64,000 nucleotides of DNA from the NCBI GenBank assembly GCA_052327205.1, contig JBMRGM010000039.1, forward strand, positions 20,522,001 to 20,586,000, in the 5' to 3' direction. This document shows positions 13,081 to 23,759 of the stretch, piece after piece. The number at the start of each line of letters is the position of its first letter. Positions within the stretch are counted from its first letter, which is position 1. The notes under the pieces were generated by a model. That model ran no database searches. It was not told the DNA's origin and was given only the letters and a program-made list of their open reading frames with translations. Source of the DNA: Somniosus microcephalus (Eukaryota). A program made the position numbers and the translations under genes.

Positions 13081-13549
13081 GCACCCCACAAAGATGGTGG
13101 CTCTGGAGCCTCGCGCAAATATGGTTACACTGGCGCCCCGCACAAAGTTGGCGGCTCTGGTGCCCAGCACAAACATGGTGGAACCCGCTCCATGCACAAA
13201 GATGGCGACTCTGGGGCTCTGCACAAAATGGTGGCACCTGCGCTCCACACAAAGGTGGAGGCTCTGGAGACCCGCACAAAATGGCGGGACCCACGCCCAG
13301 CATAAAGATGGCAGAACCCTCTCACAGCAGAAATATTGCGGCTGTGTAGCCCCGCACAAAAATGGTGGCTCTGCGGCCTAACACAATGATGGCGGCTTCG
13401 GGTCACGGGACAGAAATGGCATATCTGGGCCCCTGCCCAGCAGGAAGATGGCGGCTCTGGGGACCCGCACCAATTAGGTGGCTCTGGTGCCCGCACAATT
13501 ATGGCGGCACTGTGGTCCAGCATTAAGATGACCGTACCCTGCACAAAGA
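13081..13549 (+). repeat. 27-28 bp minisatellite (ccgcacaaagatggcggctctggggc), left part
   Basis: About 17 diverged units counted by cacaaa spacing. Confidence 0.9.
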
Positions 13550-14337
13550 TACAAAAAGAAAATACTGCATATGCTGGAATTCTGAAATAGCAACATAAAA
13601 TGCTGTAGACACTGGGCAGGTCAGGCCGCATCTGTGAAGAGAGAAACAGCGTTAACGATTCAGGTCGATGACCTTTCGTCAGAATTGGAAAAAAGCAGGA
13701 AAAGGAACAGCTTTTAAAGCAAGTTTAGGGGCAGGGAAATGGGGGAGCGCATGAAATAACAAAAGGGAAGATCTGTGATAGGATAGAAGGCAGGATAATG
13801 AAAGAATCATTAAGAGATATTCAAGGCAAAAGTGGATGGTAATGGATAAGATTAAGAAACAAAGGCTGGCGCTAGATGAAGTGTGAATAGCACTGGTAGA
13901 ATGAAAGACAGCTGCCATGTGGGAGAGATTACCAAAGGCACAACAAAAAGTGTGGATATAAAAATATATAAAGGAAAGGGGCCGAGGATATGATCTGAAA
14001 TTGTTGAACTCTATGTAGAGTCCAGAGGGCTGTAAAGTGCCTAATCGAAAGATGAGGTGCTGTTCCTCGAGCTTACGCTGAGCTTCCATTGAACAATGCA
14101 AGAGGCCGAAAACAGTGAGGTCTGAGTGGGAGTGGAGCAGTGAATTAAAGTGACAGGCGACTGGAAGCTCAGCATCCCCCTTACAGTCTGAACGGAGGTG
14201 TTCCACAAAGTGGTCACCCACTCTAAGTTTGGTCTAACCCAATGCAGAGGAGACCACATCGTAAGCAGCGAATAGAGTATACTAAATTGCAAGAAGTACA
14301 AGTAAATCGCTGTTTCACCTGGAAGGGATCTTTGTGG
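13550..14337 (-). mobile_element. Penelope-like element, 3' part (GIY-YIG endonuclease end plus 3' UTR), inserted in the minisatellite
   Basis: Reads FTCTSCNLVYSIRCLRCGLLCIG...EHLRS...PVACHFNS..H....RKLEEQHLIFRLGTLQPSGL. Confidence 0.85.
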
Positions 14338-15017
14338 ACCAGCACAAATATGGCGGCTCTGGGGCCCCAAACAAAGAAGGCAGCTCCGGGGCCCCGAAAA
14401 AAGAAGGCCGCTCTGGGGCCCAGCACAAAATGGCGGCAGCCGTGCCCCGCACAATGATGGCAGCTCTGGGTCCCCGAACAAAAGTGGAGGCACCCGTGTC
14501 CCGCACAAAGATGGCAGCACTGTGGTCCCGCACAAAGATGGCGGCTCCGGTGCCACGCACAAATATGGCGGCTCTAGGGGCCCAGCACAAAGGTGGCGGC
14601 TCTGGGACCCCGCACAAAGATGCTGGCTTTGTGGGGCCACACAAGGATGGCGGATCTGGGGCCCTGTGAAGAAATAGCAGCTCCGGGGGCCCCACTCAAA
14701 CATGGCAGCTCTGGGGCACCGCAAAAAGATGGCAGCTCTGAGGGCCCCACAACAAGATGGTCGCTCTGAGTCCCTGGAAAAAGATGGGGCTCTGGGGCCC
14801 AGCACAAAGATGGCACCTTTGGGGACATGGGACAAAAATGGAGTCCCTGGCCCCTCCTGCCCACCACAAAGATTGCGGCACTGGAACCCCGCACAAAATG
14901 GCGGCTCCGGCGCTCCTCACAAAAATCGCAGCACTGGTGCCCAGCACAAAGGTGGTGGCTCTGGGGTCCCGCACAATGATGATGGCTCTGGGTATCCGCA
15001 GAAAGATGGCGGCTGCC
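14338..15017 (+). repeat. 27-28 bp minisatellite, right part
   Basis: About 24 units of the same motif as 13081-13549. Confidence 0.9.
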
Positions 15018-15158
15018 ACTCGGGGCCTTTCCCTGGCGAGCATTGGAGGGCGGCAGCCAGAGGCCCGGTTATTCTGAGAACAAGCTGTGAGGCTGTGCAG
15101 CTGGCCCGGCCCACAGGGGCCTGAACAGGCCAGCCCAGGAAGGAGGAGGCCTGGCAAC

Positions 15159-15348
15159 TCACAGAATCACAGAATCCCCACAGTGCAGATAGAGGCCATT
15201 TCAGCCCATCGAGCCTGCACCGACACATATCCCACCCGATCACCGTAACCCCTACACCAACACATATCCCACCCTATCCCTGTAACCCCCCTAACACTAA
15301 GGGTCAATTTATCATAGCCAATCAACCTAACCCGCACATCTTTGGACT
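15159..15348 (-). mobile_element. HE1/V-SINE-like SINE, 3' fragment
   Basis: (cacagaat)n tail and tagccaatcaacctaacccgcacatctttggact; near-identical to 50667-50885. Confidence 0.75.
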
Positions 15349-15469
15349 GGACTACATAAAGCATTTTAAGGATTTAAAATACTTTAGAATCATTACACCA
15401 TATTACAGATCTTTTATAACCATTTATAAATCATTATGAAGCTTCTTAAATCATTATGACACTTATAAT

Positions 15470-15836
15470 TCATTCTTCGGATGTGGGCATCGCTGTCAAG
15501 GCCAGCATTTATTGCCCATCCCTAATTGCCCTGGAGAAAGTGGTGCTGAACAGCCTGAGACAAGCAAGTGTCTTGCTGGAACATTTCAGAGTCAACCACA
15601 TTGCAGAGGGTCTGTAGACACATTTCAGCCAGACCAATTAAGGATGGCACATTTCCTTCCCAAAGGCCTGCAGCGAACCAGGTGAGTTTTTCCGAAAATC
15701 CGGTCGTTTCATGGTCACCATTATTCAAACAAGTTTTTATTCCAGATTTGTTTAAATTAATTGAATTTAAATTTCCCAGCTGGTGGGATTTGAACTCTAA
15801 AACATTTGTCCAGGTTTACTAGACCAGCAACATACC
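15470..15836 (-). mobile_element. Deu-domain-like SINE (SacSINE1-like)
   Basis: Core resembles the Deu domain; its 3' end is shared with the LINE at 32590-33785. Confidence 0.6.
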
Positions 15837-15837
15837 T

Positions 15838-17598
15838 AGAAATGTAGAAGATAGGAGCAGGAGTAGGCCATTCGGCCCCTCGTGCCTGCTCCGCCATTCA
15901 ACGAGATCATGGCTGATCATCCAAATTCAGTACCCTGTCCCTGCTTTCTCTCCATATTACTTGATCCCTTTAGCCTTAAGAAATATATCTAACTCCTTCT
16001 TGAATATATTTAATGAAATGCCCTCTACTGACTTCAGTGGTAGAAAATTCCATAGGTTCACCATATACTGGGTGAAGAAATTCCTCCACATCTCTGTCCT
16101 AAATGGCTTACACCTTATCCTTAGAATGTGACCCATGGTTCTGGACTCCCCAGTCATCGGGAACATCCATCCTGCATCTAGTCTGACTACTCCTTTTAGA
16201 ATGTTGTAAGTTTCAATGAGAACATCTCTCATTCTTCTAAATTCCAGAGAGTAAAAGCACATTCGACCCAATCTCTCCTCATAATCATTCCTGCCATCCC
16301 AGGTATCAGCCTGGTGAATTTTCGCTGCACTCCCTCCATGGCAAGAACATCATTCCTCAGATAAGGCGACCAAAACTGCACATAATACTCAAGGTGAGGT
16401 CTCACCAATGCCCTGTACAACTGCAGCAAGACCACCTTGCTCCTGTACTCGAACCCACTCGCTACGAAGACCAAGATACCATTTGCCTTCTTAGCTCACT
16501 GCTGCACCTGCATGCTGACCTTCAGCGAATGCTGTACAAGGATACCCAGGTCTCGTTGCACTTCCCCTTTTCCCAATCTATTGCCATTCAGAAAATAATC
16601 TGTCTTCCTGTTTTTGACGCCAAAGTGGATAACCTCGCATTTATCCACGTTATATAGCATCTGCCATGCTTCTGCCCAAACACTCAACCTGTCCAAATCA
16701 TATTGGAGTTTCTCAGCATCCTCCTCACAGCATACATGCCCAACCAGCTTTTTGTCGTCTGCAAACTTGGAGATATTACATATAGGCCTAGGAATTGGCC
16801 TGAGCCGCCCAAGCGGTGCAAAGTTCGCCTGGGCACTGGAATTTGCGCCGCGATTGCCGCATTCGCGATCACCGCAAATTCAGCCTCAGCGCCCCAAGCG
16901 GGAGACGGGGCGCAGCTCGAGGCGCTCCACATCCCTCTTAGGGCGCTGAAAGTGAATTTCACAGTGCAACATCCCACAGCGCCAAACGCTGCAGTACAGC
17001 ATTCCTCCCTCCCACTGTTAGCAGGGAGGGGCCTGCAACAGCGCAAGCCCCGGTCGCGGGAGCCGGCAAAAGAGCCCAGCACCAAGGAGAAGTGCCGGGA
17101 TCTCGGGAAACAGCCGGCATTGCCGCGGGGGGGGGCGCAGACCAGGAGGCCGGGGACGGAGGTGCTGGCACGTGGCCGCCAAAAAAAGCGGCCGCCCCAC
17201 ACCTCCACCCCAACTTGCACCTCTGCCGTGCAGCAAGGCCCCGGGAACCTGGTGCTGTTTGCGAATGGTGGTACAGCGGCGTTCGCAACCAAATTTCGCA
17301 ATCGGGGCGCTAATGGGGTGCTGCGCACACCAATGACGTCATCGGTGGAGGCGCAGCGCAACATGCTAACGCCATCATTAGCGCCCCCACTGAATATGGC
17401 AGAAGGCACAGCCAGTGGTGCTACAGCCTCTGACTGCCTCTTTAGATGCAAAAAGTTGGCGCTTGCCACCCAATTTTTAGCCCCTAGTTCCCTCGTCTAG
17501 ATCATTAATATATATTATGAATATCTGAGGTCCTAGACTCGATCCCTGCGGCACCCCACTAGTTACTGCCTGCCACTCAGAAAAAGAACTGTTTATAC
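15838..17598 (-). mobile_element. CR1 LINE 3' part, interrupted by a MITE
   Basis: RT C-terminal motifs [14 protein letters not shown] and KCEVIHFG; the sequence continues across 16785-17483. Confidence 0.85.
16785..17483. mobile_element. GC-rich non-autonomous DNA transposon (Harbinger-type MITE)
   Basis: Imperfect TIRs ggcctaggaattgg / ccaatttttagccc; cleanly splits a CR1. Confidence 0.75.
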
Positions 17599-17624
17599 CA
17601 AGATAACCACTATGCTACCGTACC

Positions 17625-17812
17625 CTTCAAATATATCACCGTTCCATCATCGTCACTGGGTCAAAAGCCTGAAATGCCTTCAGGAGCAGTATTGTGGGAG
17701 CACCTTCACCACAGGGACTGCAGCGCCTCAAGATGAAGTCCCACCATTTTCTCATGAGTAACTAGGGATGGGCAAGTGATACCGGCCTTGACAGCATCAC
17801 CATATCCTGACA
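17625..17812 (+). mobile_element. LINE 3' end of the same family as 32590-33785
   Basis: atatatcaccgttccatcatcgtcactgggtcaaaa...ctagggatgggca matches the reverse complement of about 32600-32785. Confidence 0.7.
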
Positions 17813-18069
17813 ACAAATACAAAGAAATATTAAAATAGGATTACAATCAATGATTATATAATTAATTGATTGAAACCAGATGAGGCCTGTGATCAGAGTG
17901 GGGCTTCAAGCTCCGCTAAAAAAAAGTGTCAACATAACTTGGATCACCAATTCTATGGTTGTAGGATTGATACTACTCACACTTTCCCAATTTCCCTATT
18001 CTTAGAAAAGGTGATTGACAAAGTTTCATGTGTTACCAAAATTGAAGCCCATGGGATTAAAGTGGCAGT

Positions 18070-21000
18070 GACTACAGCGAATGGTGTGCGGTATATCAAA
18101 ATGTAAGAAACGATTACAGTGAGGGATGTATCTGAGTGCTACAGTGAGTCGTGTGGGGTATATCAGAGTGTTACAGTGAGTGATGTGGGGTATATCAGAG
18201 TTTTTCACTGTTGCATGTGGGGTATATAAGAGGGTTTCAGCGATCGTGCGGGTTGCATCAGTGTTACAGTCTGGTGTGTGAGGTATATCAGAGTGCTACA
18301 ATGAAAGGTGTGGGGTAAGGTCCCACACAAAATGTTGGGGAACAAAATTGGGGCACATGGAATTTGGGTAATACAGTAGCATGGATTGAGATTTGGTTAA
18401 CAGCCAAAAAACAAAGAGTAGGGATAAACGGGTCTTTTTCAGAATGGCAAGTTGTAACTAGTGGGGCACCGCAAGGATCGGTGCTTGGGCCCCAGCTATC
18501 CACAATTTATAACAATGATTTGGATGAGGGGACTAAATGTAACATTTCCAAATTTGCTGATGGCACAAAGCTAGGTGGCAATATCTGTTGCGAAGAGGAT
18601 GTGATGAGGCTTCAAGGGGATCTCGACAGGCTCGATGAGTGGGCGAGAACATGTCAGATGGAATATAATCTGGATAAATGTGAAGTTATCCACTTTGGTA
18701 GAAAAAACAGGAAGGCAGAGTATTTGCTCAATGGGGAAAGATTGGGGAATGCAAATGCTCAAAAGGACCTGGGAGTCCTTGTACATGAGTTACTGAAAGT
18801 GAATGTGCAGGTGCAGCAAGCCAATAGGAAGGCAAATGGTATGCTTGCCTTCATTACGAGAGGATTTGAGTGCAGGAGTAAAGAAGTCTTACTCCAATTA
18901 TATAGGGCCTTCGTGAGACCACAACTGGAGTACTGTGTACAATTTTGGTCTCCTTACCTAAGGAAGGAAATACTTGCCATAGAGGGAGTGCAAGAAAGGT
19001 TCACGAGATTGATACCTGGTATGGCTGGAATGTCGTATGAGAAGAGATTGAGTAAACTAGGCCTGCATTCTCTTGAATTCAGAAGATTGAGAGCGGATCT
19101 CTATGAAGCATACAAAATTATTACAGGACTTGATAGCGTGGATGCTGGGAGGATGTTTCCGTTGGCTGGGGCGTCTAGAACCACGGGCCAAAGCCTCAGC
19201 ATAAAGTGCAGGCCATTCAGGGCTGAGATGAGAAGAACTTTCTTCACACAGACGGTGGTGAACCTGTGGAATTCTCTACCCCAGAGGGCTATGAAGGCTC
19301 AGTCATTGGGTATATTTAAAACGGAAGTTCATAGATTTCTGACTAATTTGGGCATCAAGGGATATGACAGTTAGGCCGGTGAATGGAACTGAGGCAGAAG
19401 ATCAGCCATGATCTCATTGAATGGCAGAGCAGGCTAGAAGGGCCGAACACAGTGTTATGTTGAGGGGTGTGGGGTTTATCAGCATGTTGCAGTGAGGTGT
19501 GTGAGGCATATCACAGTGTTACAGTGAGTCGAGTGGGGTATATCCATGTTACAGTGAGGGTTGTGGGTTATATCAGTGTTACAGTGAGGTGTGTGGGATA
19601 TATCAGTATGTTACAGTGAGAGATGTGGGGTATATCAGAGTTACAGTGAGGGGTGTGGGGTATATCAGAGTGTTACAGTGAGAGGTGTGGGGTATATCAG
19701 AGTGGTTCAGTGAGAGGTCTGGGGTATATCAGAGTGCTTCTTTGAGGTGTGTGGTTATATCAGAGTGTTTCCACGAGTGGTAAATCGGTGTGTTACAGTG
19801 AGGGGTGTGTGGGGTATATCAGAGTGTTATAGTCAGGGTAGTGGGTTTACATCACAGTGTTACAGTGAGGGGTGTGGACTATAAAAGTTTGTTACAGTAT
19901 AGGGTGTGGGTTTTTATCAGAGTGTTACATTAAGGGGTGTGGGTCATATCAGTGTAACAGTTATGGGTGTTTGATTTATCAGAGTGTTACAGCGAGGAGT
20001 ATGGTGTATATCAGAGAATGCTCCAGTGAGGGGCATGGGTTATAATGGCGTGTTACAGTGGGAGGTTGAGTTATGTAAGAGAGTGTTACAGTCAGGAGTG
20101 TGTGGCATGTCAGAGTGTTAAAGTGAGAGGTGTTATTTATATCAGAGTGTTACAGTGAGGGGTGTGGGATACATCAGTGTGTTACAGTGAGGTGCGTGGG
20201 GTATAGCAGATTATTATAGTTATGGGTGTGGGTTATATCAGAATGTTACTGTTATGGTTGTTGGGTGTATCATCAGAGTGTTACAGTGAAGCGTGTTCGG
20301 TATCTCAGCGTGTTACAGTGAGAGATGTGGGAATATCAGTGTGTTACAGTGAGTGGTGTGGCATATATCAGAGTTACAGTGAGGGGTTTGGGGTATATCA
20401 GAGTTTTACAGTGAGAGGGGTGGGGTATATCAGAGTGCTTCAGTGAGGGGTGTGGGGTATATCAGAGTGCATCATTGGGGAGTTTGGGTATGTCAGAGTG
20501 TTACAGTGAGGGGAGTGGTGTATAACAGATTGTTACCACGAGGGGTATATCGGTGGGTTACAGTGAGGGGTGTGTGGGGTATATCAGAGTGTTTTAGTCA
20601 GGGGAGTGGGTTTAAATCAGATTGTTACAGTGAGTGGTGCGGTGTATAAAAGTGTGTTAAAGTCAAGTATGTGGTTTTATATCTGAGATTTACATTGAGG
20701 GGTGTTGGATATATCAGAGTGTTACAGTGAGGGGTCTGGTATATATCAGTGTTACAGTTATGGGCGCTTGGCATATCAGAGTGTTACAGAGAGGGGTACG
20801 TTGTATATGAGAGAGTGTTACAGTGAGGGGCATGGGTTATAATGGTGTGCTACAGTGAGAGGTTGCGTTATGTAAGAGAGTGTTACAGTCAGGAGTGTGC
20901 GGTATGTCAGAGTGTTAAAGTGAGAGGTGTGATTTATATCAGAGTGTTAAAGTGAGGGGTGCGGGATATATCAGAATGTTACTATTAGGGGTGAGGGGTG

Positions 21001-21330
21001 CATCATCAGACTGTTACAGTGAGGCGTGTTCGGTATCTCAGAGTGTTACAGTGAAGAGTGTGGGGTATATCAATGTGTTACAATGAGAGTTTTGCGGTAT
21101 GAAAGAGAGTGGGTTGTATCTGAGTGTTGCAGTGAGCGGGTTGAGTTAGATCAGAGTGTTACATTGAGGGGTGCTGAGTATTTCAGAGTGTTAAGGTGAG
21201 GTGAGTGAGGTATATCGGTCTGTTACAGTGAGAGCTTTGTGATATGTAAGAGAAGAATAAAGTGAGGGTATATCAGAGTTTTAAAGTGAAAGGCTTGGGG
21301 TATATCTGATTGCTAACGTGAGGTGAATGG
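18070..21330 (+). repeat. 32-bp satellite (gtgaggggtgtggggtatatcagagtgttaca), interrupted by a CR1
   Basis: Dozens of diverged units at 18070-18315 and 19450-21330. Confidence 0.92.
18316..19448 (+). mobile_element. CR1 LINE 3' part
   Basis: Open 336-aa RT ORF 18364-19374 followed by a CR1 3' UTR (gatcagccatgatctcattgaatggc). Confidence 0.9.
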
Positions 21331-21368
21331 AGCATTACTCTGTATCTAGCCCATGAGTACCTGCCTGT

Positions 21369-21500
21369 TCCGATGAAAGGTCAATGACCTGAAACGTTAA
21401 CACTGTTTCTCTCTCCACAGATGCTGCCTGATGTGCTGAGTATTTCCAGCATTTTCTGTTTTTACTTCAGATTTCCACCATCTGCTGTATTTTTACTTTT
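21369..21500 (+). repeat. Penelope-tail-related short repeat
   Basis: tgtttctctctccacagatgctgcctgatgtgctgagtatttccagcattttctg. Confidence 0.7.
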
Positions 21501-21551
21501 GAGCGCCTGCCTGGAATTGTTTAATGGGACAGTTTTGAGGGAGCTTTAATA

Positions 21552-22258
21552 CATAAGAACATGAGAAATAGTAGCTGGAGCAGGTCATTTCTCCCTTCGA
21601 GCCTGCTCCGCCATTCAGTATGATCATGGCTGATTTTCTACCTCAAATCCACTTTCCTGCATTATCCCTATATCCCTTGATTCCCTTAATATTCAAAAAT
21701 CTATCGATCTCTGTCTTGAATATACTCAATGACTGACCCTCCACAGCCTTCTGGGGTAGAGAATTCCAAAGATTCACCACCCTCTGAGTGAAGACATTGC
21801 TTCTCATCTCAGTCATAAATGGCCGACCCCTTATTCTGAGACTGTGACCCCTGGTTCTAGACTCTCCAGCTAGGGGAAAAATCCTCCCAGCATCTACCCT
21901 GTCAACCACCTTAAGAATTTTATATGTTTCAATGAGATCACCTCTCATTCTTCTAAACTCTGGAGAATATAGGCTTAGTCTACTCAATCTGTCCTCACCA
22001 GGGCCCTATATAATTGCAATAAAACGTCCTTACTTTCATACTCAAATCCTCTTGTAATGAAGGCGAACATACCATTTGCTTTCCAATTGCTTGATGTTCT
22101 TGCAGGTTTATGTTCTGTGATTTTTGTACAAGGACACCCAGGTCCCTCTGAACACCAACATTTCCCAATCTATCGCAATTTAAAAAATATACTGCTTTTC
22201 TATTTTTCCTACCAAAGTGGATAACTTCACATTTCTCAGCATTATATTCCATCCACAT
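21552..22258 (-). mobile_element. CR1 LINE 3' fragment with an internal deletion
   Basis: ORFs 21643-21987 and 21995-22258; cataagaacat tail. Confidence 0.85.
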
Positions 22259-23061
22259 ATTATGTCCGTGTAAGGTATTAGAATTTTAATCACATTGCAG
22301 CCAGACAATCAACAAATATAGAGTATTTTAGTTCTTTAATTCACAGTTTTAAAAAGAAATGAACAAAATGGGTATCAGTATTTTCAATTTCAATCACTTC
22401 CATTAAATAACGTGGTCTTCTTGAACCAGCACACCTTGTAACAACTCAGAAATGCAGCACTTATTCATATGTGCAGAAAAACACATACAAAATAGGTGTC
22501 ACTGAATTATAAGCAAAAAGCAGGAAAAGCTATAACTTAGCAGAAATAAACATTTGTCTTTCTTCCTGGACAGGAGAACTAGTCAGACTGACTTGGAAAT
22601 CTTTACTCATATGTTGACGTAAAGATTTATAATTTACCAATTTCGCTTCTAATGTTTTTCTCTCAAACATTCTCCACAATATTATTCCCTGCTCTTATCC
22701 CGAAAAGTATTGAATTATTTTAGGTTCTTCGCAATTAAAAGCGGGAAACAAACTTCATTGTACTCACAAATTTTAATCTCCTATTTCAAACATTCAAACC
22801 AAATCGAATTGTACGTTTTCAGTTTAATCAAAGTATTTTCTGTATCTCAATAAACAAAGAGTGTTTTTTCTAAAGTAGCTTCATGCAATTTGCATATATC
22901 ATTAAATTTCTCTTGTTTCTAATAACACTTCACTAAATGTTTAAGAGGAATTCAATATTTACATTATTCCTGTGACTTTTTAGGATTGCAGAACGGCAGG
23001 CAAAATAAAAGGTTTGTGTTTTTCCATTTTTTATTTATCTTCCTAAATGTCTTAATGGTAT

Positions 23062-23290
23062 TGACGTAATAAAACTCACCACACACTTGTTTCGAGTATA
23101 AAGCAAGGCCTTAAACAAATTGTATCAAATCATGGAGGTCTAGTAGTACTTCACTAGTTCCTGTATTACAAAATGTCCCCGGGCAAGCTGGGCCCACGCC
23201 CGAGTATTTATACTCCTTGGATGGCACGACCAGCTGGCCACACAATGTGATTACATGAGTCGTTTCCTCATGATGATGAGATTAATAGCA
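23062..23290 (-). repeat. 3' LTR of Gypsy 2
   Basis: TG..CA termini, 229 bp, next to the PPT. Confidence 0.92.
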
Positions 23291-23759
23291 TTCTTCCTGC
23301 CGAAATGATTTGGAAGTCCGATGACTTCCTCCTAATGGATTAGGCAGACCATGATTAGCCGCAGTCTTGTAGATCTTTGTTTATGGCTGACAGGCACGTC
23401 TCCCTGGTCCGTGTCTTGGTCCCTGGGCTGCTTGATCCATACTGGTAGATCGACAGGGCCCGTGTCACCTTGATCGACCTGAGGGTGACTGGGGAGATTG
23501 TGACTCCGGGTGCGGCTCCCCAGCTTTGGGTGGCTATCCCACACAGAGCGTTCGGCTCCCTGAGTGGATCTGGTGAGGAAGCCGGCAGATCTCTTGATGT
23601 CCCAGGTACTGCGTCATCTTCAAAGGAGCACAGTGTGTCGGCATCATTACCGTGGTTCCTTCTACCAGTTGGGTCCGTGTGACTGGATGGACAGGGAGCC
23701 AGATCTCGGAGCGAAACGATGGGCTCCCGGCCATCAGGGTACCGCATGTGCGCGTACAT

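Noticed and set aside
13061-15157. Multiple repetitive ORFs on both strands
   Set aside because: They are translations of the 27-28 bp minisatellite
16684-17500. 261-aa and 265-aa overlapping ORFs
   Set aside because: They lie within a GC-rich MITE and contain no recognisable domain
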